NCBI GenBank assembly: GCA_050115055.1
Contig: JASFRE010000001.1
Coordinates: forward strand, 1 to 34,960
DNA from: Candidatus Eiseniibacteriota bacterium
GTDB taxonomy: Bacteria > Eisenbacteria > RBG-16-71-46 > CAVPCR01 > CBDCWB01
Reading direction: 5' to 3'
Length of the DNA stretch: 34,960 nucleotides
A program made the translations under genes and the position numbers. Shown here piece by piece: positions 1 through 7,662 of this stretch (its first letter is position 1; every line of letters starts with the position of its first letter). The notes below the pieces were generated by a model, which was given only the letters and a program-made list of their open reading frames with translations, ran no database searches and was not told where the DNA came from.

Positions 1-2480
1 GCCGCGTCCGTCGCGTTCCAGCGCACCGCGTGGTCGCCGGCGCCGAGCTCGCGATCGACGAGGGTCGCCACCTTGTGGCCACTGATCGTGTAGACCTCGA
101 CCGTCACACGCTCGCTCCGTGGCAGCCGGAAGCGGATCTCCGTGCTCGGATTGAACGGGTTCGGCGCGGCCGCTGTGAAGCCGAAGGCCGCCCCGTCGTG
201 GCGTGCCGGGCCGTCCTGGAACCCGGATCCCTCGCAGGCCTCGGTCACGACGTTGGCGGCCGGGTCATAGGTGGCACCGGACTCGACGACATCGGTCACG
301 GCGAGGCACCAGATGCCGGTGGGCTGCCGCTCCTTCTTCGAGATCAGGACGGCCTCACCCGACGCATCCGTGACGCCGCTCGTCGCCTCCGTCGTGGGAC
401 CGCTGAACGTCCCGAACACCTCCGCACCCTCGACGGGGCCGCCGCCGCCATCGAAGACGGTCACCGTCGCCTCGGCGAAGTACTGGTCCGGACCGTTGGC
501 CGCCAGTCGCACGACCGTGATCGCCTCGACGTGCACGTAGACCACGGTGCCCGGTTCGGTCGCCGTGACGTAGTCGGGCGCCAGCCGCGTGTCGGCACCA
601 TGGGCGTTGCTGGCGGTCAGCGACACGCTGTACGTCCCCGCCGTCGTGTAGACGTGACTCGGATGCTGCGCGTCGGAGGTGGAACCGTCGCCGAAGTCCC
701 AGCTCCAGGCCGTCGGCGACCCGGTCGACAGGTCGGTGAACTGGACGCTCAGAGGCGCCGGTCCGGAGAGCGGCTCGCCACGGAAGTCGGCGACCGGCGG
801 ATCGGCCGACGGCGCCTCCCAGCTCGCGGTCGACATGGCCACCGGCGCCGACTTGCCGTTGGCGCTCCACAGGTCGTAGAGCACCTGTCCCGAGCCGTCG
901 GTGGTATTCGCGTCACGCAGGAACTCGACGTACTCGCGGCTCAGCGTCTGGTAATCGAGCGTGACGTCGATGCGCTCGGCCGTCGATGGGATCGAGTAGA
1001 CGGTCGCGTCCCAGTACTGCCCGTCGTCATAGCTGTAGCCGACCGGCGGTGACTGGATCGCCGCGAAGCCGGCGTTCGTGAAGCCACGCGGCGGGATCCG
1101 GTTGTCCTTGAAGATCTCGTGGTTGAGCACGAAGTGGAAGGACGGTCCCGGATCCAGTCCCAGGGTCGGTGCCAGTGCCTCGGAGATCCCCGGCTTGATC
1201 TCGTAGATCTTGACGTCCGCGTCGTGCGTCAGGGTGGCGGTCGCCGGATCGTAGGCGCCGGACTCGTAGACGATGCCGCCACCGGCATCACGCGCCACGA
1301 CATGGATCCAGATGCGCCGCCCCTCCGGATAGCCGGACGGCAGCTTGTGGCCGGTCTCGTTGGTCACGGTGACGGTCGCCTCCAGCACATCGCCCTGGTC
1401 GACGACCGCGAGGTCGAGGGACGCCGCCCGCTCGAGCATGTCGGTCGCCCGCTGGACACCGGCGGCCAGGGCCGGCGAGGAGACCTCGTCCGGATAGAGC
1501 TGCTCGACCAGCACCGGGATGAACGTGTTGCCGCCGGTCATGTCGTGCAGCGGCAGATCGTCGCGCAAAGGCGCTCCGCGCTTGTTGCAGCCCACACCGG
1601 TCACGTCGCGGAGGTGACAGTCCTGGCAGACCGAGACGTACTGCTTGTTGCCGCCGAACTGCGGTGCGTAGACCCCTTCGGGCGAGTTGTAGGCGCTCAT
1701 CAGCCACTCGCTGTAGGTCCGTTCGATCGGAAACATCGAGTCGGGGACGAAATCGGGGGCCGGCGCGCCGAAGTCATTGGGCACGTAGCTGTCACCGCTC
1801 CGCATGAAGGCGGGGTTGCTGACGTCATGACAGGTGCCGCAGAGCGCCGCCTCTCGGTGGAACGGCGAGTAGAACATCTGGTGGCGCGCCGCAGCGTCGA
1901 CGAACGGCCCGCGCTTGGCATTGTTGCTGTCGCAGACGTACATGCCGTTCGCCGAGGCGGGCGGGATCTCACCGAGGGTCGACAGGTAGGCCTGGTCGGC
2001 GTCATAGGTGCTGGCCCGGTAGTCCGGATCGCCGGGAAATGGATCGACACCGAGGGGCGTCGGAGCGACCAGCTTGTGGCAGAAGTCGCACTGCACACCC
2101 TCGCGATCGTTGTTGTTGAGCGCCGAGCCGTCGGTCGGTACCGAGCGTCCCTCGAGCCATCCGGCCGGCGAGTGACAGCGGATGCAGAGATCGCCGCTGT
2201 CGGGGGCATCCTGGTTGGCGATGGCCAGGCAGGCGTAGAACAGCGGGTCGCGCGCCGCCTGCGCCATCATGCTTCCCCGCCAGTTGAATGCCGGCTCCAC
2301 GGCCTGGTCATAGCCGCCGTGGCAGTTGTCGCACTTGCTCGGGTGCTCCAGGTTGCCGGACTGCCCCGGCTGCGAACCGGGCAGGAAGAAGTCGTCGAGC
2401 GTCGTCGGCACGGAGGCCCAGGCGACGGCCACCAGCACGAGAGCGGTCGTAACCGCTGCGAACACGAGTCGTTTGGACAT
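1..2480 (-). CDS. Multiheme c-type cytochrome (5 CxxCH) with PKD domain and FlgD-Ig/T9SS-like C-terminal domain; C-terminus cut by the window edge
   Basis: Not in the supplied ORF track because the frame runs off the left edge without a stop. My reverse-complement reading from the ATG at 2480 (GGAGGA 7 nt upstream) gives MSKRLVFAAVTTALVLVAVAWA, a signal peptide. It then shows CDNCH, CIRCH, CDFCH, CGTCH and CQDCH, and a PKD-type segment WDFGDGSTSDAQHPSHVYTTAGTYSVSLTASN. It ends inside APNPFNPSTEIRFRLPRSERVTVEVYTISGHKVATLVD. Open for all 826 codons read. Confidence 0.9.
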   Translation of the reverse strand, partial: MSKRLVFAAVTTALVLVAVAWASVPTTLDDFFLPGSQPGQSGNLEHPSKCDNCHGGYDQAVEPAFNWRGSMMAQAARDPLFYACLAIANQDAPDSGDLCIRCHSPAGWLEGRSVPTDGSALNNNDREGVQCDFCHKLVAPTPLGVDPFPGDPDYRASTYDADQAYLSTLGEIPPASANGMYVCDSNNAKRGPFVDAAARHQMFYSPFHREAALCGTCHDVSNPAFMRSGDSYVPNDFGAPAPDFVPDSMFPIERTYSEWLMSAYNSPEGVYAPQFGGNKQYVSVCQDCHLRDVTGVGCNKRGAPLRDDLPLHDMTGGNTFIPVLVEQLYPDEVSSPALAAGVQRATDMLERAASLDLAVVDQGDVLEATVTVTNETGHKLPSGYPEGRRIWIHVVARDAGGGIVYESGAYDPATATLTHDADVKIYEIKPGISEALAPTLGLDPGPSFHFVLNHEIFKDNRIPPRGFTNAGFAAIQSPPVGYSYDDGQYWDATVYSIPSTAERIDVTLDYQTLSREYVEFLRDANTTDGSGQVLYDLWSANGKSAPVAMSTASWEAPSADPPVADFRGEPLSGPAPLSVQFTDLSTGSPTAWSWDFGDGSTSDAQHPSHVYTTAGTYSVSLTASNAHGADTRLAPDYVTATEPGTVVYVHVEAITVVRLAANGPDQYFAEATVTVFDGGGGPVEGAEVFGTFSGPTTEATSGVTDASGEAVLISKKERQPTGIWCLAVTDVVESGATYDPAANVVTEACEGSGFQDGPARHDGAAFGFTAAAPNPFNPSTEIRFRLPRSERVTVEVYTISGHKVATLVDRELGAGDHAVRWNATDA

Positions 2481-2662
2481 GGTCTGGTCCTCCGTCGGAT
2501 CGGTGAGCGGCCGGCGGGCACGACGGACATCCGGCGGGCGGAGGGTGGTCCCGCACAGACGCTGCGGCGAGTGGGCGACGGAATGCCGGCCAGCAATGGC
2601 CCCGACACTCCCAGTGTACGCCGGTGCAACGCGTCCACCCATCACCGGCGTCAGGTCGGCAG

Positions 2663-2676
2663 TTGATCTCGGTCAA
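2663..2676. promoter_or_regulatory. Candidate FNR/CRP-family box TTGATctcgGTCAA (9/10 match to TTGAT-N4-ATCAA)
   Basis: The sequence at 2663-2676 is seen directly. It lies 183 bp upstream of the cytochrome ATG (2480) and 60 bp beyond the stop of the adjacent FNR-like regulator gene. That regulator keeps the E-x2-SR recognition-helix motif (ETLSR) that reads TTGAT half-sites in E. coli FNR. Confidence 0.5.
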
Positions 2677-2735
2677 CTCGCGGCAGTCGACCCCGGCCCA
2701 CGCGTGGAGGAGGGCGACCCGAGCCGCCCGGCGAC

Positions 2736-3461
2736 TCAGCGCGCCCTGGCAATCCGCCCCAGGCCGTCGACATCCTCGAGGACCAGCTCGGCACGGGTCA
2801 GCCGGATCAGGCCCTGTCGACCGAAGTCGCGCAGGGTGCGTGACAGGGTCTCCGGAGTGGTGCCGATCATCTGCGCCATTTCCTTGCGGCGCAGCGCGAT
2901 CCGCGTGCGCGTCGGGATCCCGGTGCTCTCCCCGGGGCCCGACTGGGAGGAGGTCCCGCCCTGCAGGAAGAGCAGGAGCTGGGCGGTGCGCTGCCGCACC
3001 GGATGCTGTGTGAGGCTCACCAGCTGGTCCTCGGAGATGCGCAGGTCCCGCGCCAGCCAGGCCAGGAGCTCGAGCGCCAGCCGCTCCGAGCTGCGGATCA
3101 GGCCGAGGATCAGCTCCCGGGGAATGACACAGAGGGTGGAGTCGACCAGCGCCTCGGCGGTGGCAGCACAAGGCTCGTCAGCGAGCAGTGGCCGGTAGCC
3201 GATCATCTCCCCGGCACCGAGCAGACGGATCACCTGGGTGGTGCCGCCCTCGCCGGTCTTGAACAGCTTGATGGTGCCCAAGTGGATGCAGTACAGCGCC
3301 AGCGGTGGTGCACCCTCGTAGAACACGGTCTGGCCGCGATGGAAGCGCTGGACCTGCTTGCCGTCGTCGAGCTCTCGCAGGGCCGGGCCTTCGAGGCACC
3401 GGAACACGCCCGAGGCGCGTACCTGGCAGAGCGTGCAGTCGATGTCGGCCCGTTCCATCAT
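2736..3461 (-). CDS. Crp/Fnr family transcriptional regulator, FNR-like (putative Fe-S oxygen/redox sensor)
   Basis: ORF 2736..3605, trimmed to the ATGATG at 3461 (MMERADIDCTLCQVRASGVFRC...). It has a cNMP-binding-like beta-roll and a C-terminal HTH (RKEMAQMIGTTPETLSRTLRDFGRQGLI). The N-terminal C-x2-C-x9-C plus the Cys in STLCVIPRE align with E. coli FNR C20/C23/C29 and with C122 in SMVCEIPFE. Confidence 0.85.
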   Translation of the reverse strand: MMERADIDCTLCQVRASGVFRCLEGPALRELDDGKQVQRFHRGQTVFYEGAPPLALYCIHLGTIKLFKTGEGGTTQVIRLLGAGEMIGYRPLLADEPCAATAEALVDSTLCVIPRELILGLIRSSERLALELLAWLARDLRISEDQLVSLTQHPVRQRTAQLLLFLQGGTSSQSGPGESTGIPTRTRIALRRKEMAQMIGTTPETLSRTLRDFGRQGLIRLTRAELVLEDVDGLGRIARAR

Positions 3462-3642
3462 GGCGTCGGCATGGTACGCGAGCGACTGCGGGGCGTCGAT
3501 GCCGACCTGCCGGCGCTCCGGATCGCGCCCCTGGCGGCGCGGGCCCGCCCCGGGAGACCCCCTCGGGAGCCCGGTTCGCCGCCGCACCGCCGCCGCACGT
3601 TGCACTCCATTCTCAACAACAAGAGGATGGCGCGTGCGTGAT

Positions 3643-3693
3643 GTGCACGGAGGTGCACGGTCGTGACACCGTCGTCGAGACTGTCGTGCACCG
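3643..3693. repeat. Cluster of GTGCACGG repeats (two direct copies and one 7/8 inverted copy) in the divergent fnr-like/ccp intergenic region
   Basis: gtgcacgg occurs at 3643-3650 and 3653-3660. tcgtgcac, a 7/8 inverted copy, is at 3684-3691. The related gtcgtgacac and gtcgtgcacc are at 3660-3669 and 3683-3692. All read directly from the sequence. Confidence 0.4.
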
Positions 3694-3912
3694 CATGCTA
3701 CACGACGTGCGTGCGGCAGGCAGCCCGGCGAATCGAATGTTGACGGTGATGCACAGCTTTGGCTGCACGTCCCGGTGACGCGGTCTTGACCGCTTCCTCA
3801 CTCCATCCTCGATTGACACCGGATCGGAGAGCGCCGTATCCTGAACGAGGTCCCTCCAAGCGCCGAACAGCACCTCCCCCATGCCCACCGTCGTCGCACT
3901 GGAGGTAACCCG

Positions 3913-5382
3913 ATGCGTGTCGTCGCGCTCTGCACGCCGCTGGTTCTGCTCGCGCTCTCACTGCCGGCCTCCTCGTCGGCCGATCTGACGCCGCTCGAGA
4001 CGCTCGGCAAGATGCTCTTCTTCGACACCAACCTGTCGACGCCGCCAGGGATGTCCTGCGCCGCCTGCCATGCGCCGGAGTGGGGCTTCACCGGTCCCAT
4101 CGCGTCGATCAACGCGGCCGGCTCGGTCTACTTCGGTGCGGTGCACGTCCGCTCCGGCAATCGCAAGCCGCCGACCGCCGCCTACGGCGGCCCGAGCCCG
4201 GTCCTGTCCTACGATCCGGCGGAGGACGTCTGGATCGGCGGCATGTTCTGGGATGGCCGTGCCACCGGCTGGAGACTCGACGATCCGCTCGCCGAGCAGG
4301 CCCAGGGACCGTTTCTGAACCCGCTCGAGCAGAACAACCCCAACCCCCGCCTCGTGCTCATCAAGGTCAGCCAGTCCTCCTATGCCGATCTCTTCGAGGA
4401 GGTCTGGGGCCCCGGCTCGCTCGACTTCGTGGGCGATGTCGACGGCAGCTACGAACGTCTGGCCCGATCGATCTCGGCCTACGAGCAGTCCGACGAGGTG
4501 AACCCCTTCACGTCGAAGTTCGACATCGCGCGCGGCGAGTTCACGCAGGAGGAGGAGTGGGGTCTGCAGCTCTTCGAGGACCCCATGAAGGGCAACTGCG
4601 CCGCCTGCCACCCGACCACGCCCGGCGACTTCGATCCGGATCACGCGCTCTTCACCGACTTCACCTATGACAATCTCGGGCTGCCCAAGAACCCGGAGAA
4701 CCCGTTCTACGGCATGCCGCCCAAGTGGAACCCGGACGGCGCCGACTGGGTCGACCCCGGACTCGGCGGCTTCCTCGCGGGCACGCAGTACGCCTCGCAG
4801 GCACCCGAGAACTACGGCAAGCACAAGGTGCCGACGCTGCGCAACGTCGGCCGCAAGCCGGCGGCGGACGATGTCAAGGCGTACGGTCACAATGGCTACT
4901 TCAAGACGCTGACGGACATCATGCACTTCTACAACACGCGCGACGTCGAGCCCTGGCCGGATCCGGAGGTGTCGGCAAACGTCAACTACGACGAGCTCGG
5001 CGATCTCGGGCTCACCCAGGAGGAGGAGGACGCCATCGTCGCCTTCCTGCTGACGCTCAGCGACGGGTACGGCATGCCGGAGCCCATGGCTCCGAACCCG
5101 GCCCGCTCGCCGTCACTGGCCACGCTGACGTCGATCCGGGCCTATCCGAACCCGCTGCGGACCGACGGCTTCGTCGAGTGGCAGGGCGCCTCGACGGCGC
5201 TGCGTCTCTACGACGCCAGCGGCCGGCTGGTGCTGACGCGCGACGTGGCCGGCCGAGGCGACGGCTCGCACCGCATCGCGTGGGGCGATCTCGTCAACCA
5301 CCAGGCGCTCGCGTCGGGCGTCTACTTCCTGCACATGGACGGCGTCCCGCAGGCGGCGAGGCGGATCGTCGTGACGCGGTAG
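3913..5382 (+). CDS. Di-heme cytochrome c peroxidase (CCP/MauG family) with FlgD-Ig/T9SS-like C-terminal domain
   Basis: GGAGG lies 7 nt upstream of the ATG, followed by a signal peptide (MRVVALCTPLVLLALSLPASSSA). Two heme sites are present, CAACHAPE and CAACHPTT. Family motifs are LGKMLFFDTNLS, KVPTLRNV and YGHNGYFKTLTDIMHFYN. The C-terminal about 85 aa (YPNPLRTDGFVEWQG...RLYDASGRLV...GVYFLHMDG) resembles the tails of three other proteins in the window. Confidence 0.9.
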   Translation: MRVVALCTPLVLLALSLPASSSADLTPLETLGKMLFFDTNLSTPPGMSCAACHAPEWGFTGPIASINAAGSVYFGAVHVRSGNRKPPTAAYGGPSPVLSYDPAEDVWIGGMFWDGRATGWRLDDPLAEQAQGPFLNPLEQNNPNPRLVLIKVSQSSYADLFEEVWGPGSLDFVGDVDGSYERLARSISAYEQSDEVNPFTSKFDIARGEFTQEEEWGLQLFEDPMKGNCAACHPTTPGDFDPDHALFTDFTYDNLGLPKNPENPFYGMPPKWNPDGADWVDPGLGGFLAGTQYASQAPENYGKHKVPTLRNVGRKPAADDVKAYGHNGYFKTLTDIMHFYNTRDVEPWPDPEVSANVNYDELGDLGLTQEEEDAIVAFLLTLSDGYGMPEPMAPNPARSPSLATLTSIRAYPNPLRTDGFVEWQGASTALRLYDASGRLVLTRDVAGRGDGSHRIAWGDLVNHQALASGVYFLHMDGVPQAARRIVVTR

Positions 5383-5545
5383 CCGCCCGGCAACGGCGGA
5401 CAGCCAGCGGTCTGCACGGGCAACCGTGCGGCCGCGTGCGATCAGCGGGAAGGTCCGGGCGGACCGACTGCGCGAGCCCTTTCCGCACTGACCCGGAGCC
5501 CGGTGGTGCGGCGCCACGACCGGGCTCCCGCCTCCGGGGTGTCCC

Positions 5546-6487
5546 ATGCCTGCCTGTCTCCAGCATGGCTTCCACGCCGGCCGCGACGCGTCGATCGATG
5601 GCCGCGTCGCCGCCCTCCTCCGGCTCGCGCTGGGGGTCACGCTCGCGGCCTGTGTCGCCGCCGGCGCCGCCCCGGCGTCGACCTGGGTCGAGATCGGCGA
5701 CGCCGGCGATCTCCCGGACGATGCGCAGATCCCGGGCGGCACCGGCCCCTTCACCGCCATCTCCGGCTCGCTGCTGGCTGGCGGCGATGCCGACCTCTAC
5801 CTGATCCACGTCGACGACCCGGTGGGCTTCGAGGCCACGACCTGTCCGGACAGCGATGTCGACACGCAGCTCTGGCTCTTCGCTCTCGACGGCCTCGGGA
5901 TCACCTTCGACGACGATGCCCCCTCCTGCGGAGTCCTCTCGACCATCACCGGCGCGCACGTGCCGGCCCCCGGCCGCTACTACCTGGGATGCAGCGCCTA
6001 TGACTGGGACGCGCTCGACGCCGCCGGTGACGCCATCTGGCTCGACGAGCCGTACGACACCGAGCGGCCACCGGACGGTCCCGGCGCCGCTTCGCCGCTC
6101 GCGCAGTGGGGCGACACCGCCTACGAGGAGGGCAGCTACGTGATCACGCTCGCCGGGGTCTCCTGGGCGGTCACGTCGGTCGACCCGGTCGCTGTCCCCG
6201 CGCCCGTCGACTGCCTTCTCGACCAGAACGCGCCCAACCCCTTCAACCCGCACACGGTGATCCGGTACGAGCTGTTCCGGGCGGCGCCGATTCGCCTCCT
6301 GGTCTATGACATCTCCGGCCGCCTCCTGCGCGTCCTGATCGACCGCCGCCTGGCAGCGCCCGGTGCGCATTCGACCGCCTGGGATGGTCGCGACGACGCC
6401 GGACACGACGCCCCGTCGGGCGCCTACCTCTGCCGGCTGGTGGCCGGCGATCGCACGGCGACGATCCGCATGACCCTCGTCCGGTAG
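5546..6487 (+). CDS. Secreted hypothetical protein, PPC (pre-peptidase C-terminal)-like domain plus FlgD-Ig/T9SS-like C-terminal domain
   Basis: There is a hydrophobic signal-like segment (LLRLALGVTLAACVAAGAA) and a GDADLYLIHV motif typical of PPC-type domains. The tail is APNPFNPHTVIRYELFRAAPIRLLVYDISGRLLRVL...GAYLCRLVAGD. The exact start is uncertain. Confidence 0.7.
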   Translation: MPACLQHGFHAGRDASIDGRVAALLRLALGVTLAACVAAGAAPASTWVEIGDAGDLPDDAQIPGGTGPFTAISGSLLAGGDADLYLIHVDDPVGFEATTCPDSDVDTQLWLFALDGLGITFDDDAPSCGVLSTITGAHVPAPGRYYLGCSAYDWDALDAAGDAIWLDEPYDTERPPDGPGAASPLAQWGDTAYEEGSYVITLAGVSWAVTSVDPVAVPAPVDCLLDQNAPNPFNPHTVIRYELFRAAPIRLLVYDISGRLLRVLIDRRLAAPGAHSTAWDGRDDAGHDAPSGAYLCRLVAGDRTATIRMTLVR

Positions 6488-6550
6488 CGGCCGTGCATCA
6501 CCGTCCCGGTGGAGGATCCTGGCGGCGTCGATCACCCGCAGCGGGGTTCC

Positions 6551-7657
6551 TCATCGGTCGACCGATCCCGGCCGCGTGACGGCGGCGTCACGCCGCCCGT
6601 CGCGCCCGACGACGCAGCGGCTGAGGCGCGCGTCGCGCTCGAGCAGCTCCATCGCCTCCGGCAGGCAGTCGCGGCTCGACAGCACCGTGACATACCCCGG
6701 ACGGAGCGTCGGTGCCAGCCGCAGCGCCTCGATCCACTCGTCGCGATCGAAGGGATCGGCCGCGACTCCGTCCCAGAAACCGCAGCGCTCGAGGACGTGA
6801 TCGATGCGCTCGGTGCCCTGCCCCTGCAGGCGGCTGATCAGGTAGGTGGCCACCCCGACCTGCAGACCGTGCAGGCGCGGGCGCGCCGAGACCGCGTCGA
6901 GGGCGTGCGAGATCAGGTGCTCGCCGCCGCTCGCCGGTCGAGACGAGCCGGCGATCGCCATCGCGAAACCGTTCAGCATGAGCGCGGTGGCGAGGAGTCG
7001 CGTCCCATCCAGATCGCGCTCCGGCCGCGCCATGAACTGGTAGACCGTGGCGTCCGAGAGCAGTGCCGCGAAGTCGTGCACCGGCGTCCCGACGGTGTGA
7101 AAGGCGAGCTTCCAGTCGGCGATGGCGGTGACCTTGGCCACCAGGTCACCGACCCCGGACCACCAGAGGGGGTCGGGAGCGGCCAGGCAGACCGCCGTGT
7201 CGACGACGACGGCGAACGGCATGGCCGACGGCAGCGAGCGCCGGCGGCCGGCGAGCGTCAGGCTGGACTGGGGACTCGCGAAGCCGTCGTTCGAGAGTGA
7301 CGTCGGCAGCGCGAAGAACGGACGACGGGCCAGGTGGGCGACGTACTTGGCGACGTCGAGCGCCTTGCCGCCGCCGAGCCCGACCACCGCCTGGGTCGTG
7401 GCCGGCAGCGCGTCGAGCAACGTGGCGGCACCCTCGAAGCTGGCCTCGCAGAGCTCGATGCGCTCGTCGATGTCGATCCCGCGCTCACCGCAGGCATCGG
7501 TGAACCGGCCCTCGATCGTCGCGGGCAGGCCCTCGCTCACAAGGAGCGCGACGCGTGCGAGCGCGTGGCGCTCGAGGTAGATGCCGATCCGGTCGAGTGC
7601 GCCGGGCTTGACGCGTACCAGGCGTGGAATGCAGACGAGCTCGGCGAGCTGCATCAT
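6551..7657 (-). CDS. Glycerol-1-phosphate dehydrogenase [NAD(P)+] (EgsA/AraM-type, iron-containing ADH superfamily)
   Basis: ORF 6551..7666. Position 7666 is a TTG that overlaps the upstream stop, so I prefer the ATGATG at 7657. Motifs are GLGGGKALDVAKYVA, PTSLSNDGFASPQSS (the G1PDH-type metal-ligand Asp), GGEHLISHALD and LHGLQVGVAT. Confidence 0.8.
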   Translation of the reverse strand: MMQLAELVCIPRLVRVKPGALDRIGIYLERHALARVALLVSEGLPATIEGRFTDACGERGIDIDERIELCEASFEGAATLLDALPATTQAVVGLGGGKALDVAKYVAHLARRPFFALPTSLSNDGFASPQSSLTLAGRRRSLPSAMPFAVVVDTAVCLAAPDPLWWSGVGDLVAKVTAIADWKLAFHTVGTPVHDFAALLSDATVYQFMARPERDLDGTRLLATALMLNGFAMAIAGSSRPASGGEHLISHALDAVSARPRLHGLQVGVATYLISRLQGQGTERIDHVLERCGFWDGVAADPFDRDEWIEALRLAPTLRPGYVTVLSSRDCLPEAMELLERDARLSRCVVGRDGRRDAAVTRPGSVDR

Positions 7658-7662
7658 CGTCG

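Noticed and set aside
30-2666. + strand ORFs 30..1052 and 1119..2666, and minus-strand ORFs 355..870, 1288..1707 and 1700..2209
   Set aside because: All are out of frame or antisense to the unlisted minus-strand frame. That frame is open across 1-2480 and encodes a signal peptide, five CxxCH motifs and a PKD domain.
5294-6535. 413-aa minus-strand ORF, with 5113..5760 and 4725..5804
   Set aside because: They overlap the peroxidase and PPC-like genes. Their translations are Arg/Gly/Pro-rich without motifs. The + strand genes have signal peptides and conserved domains.
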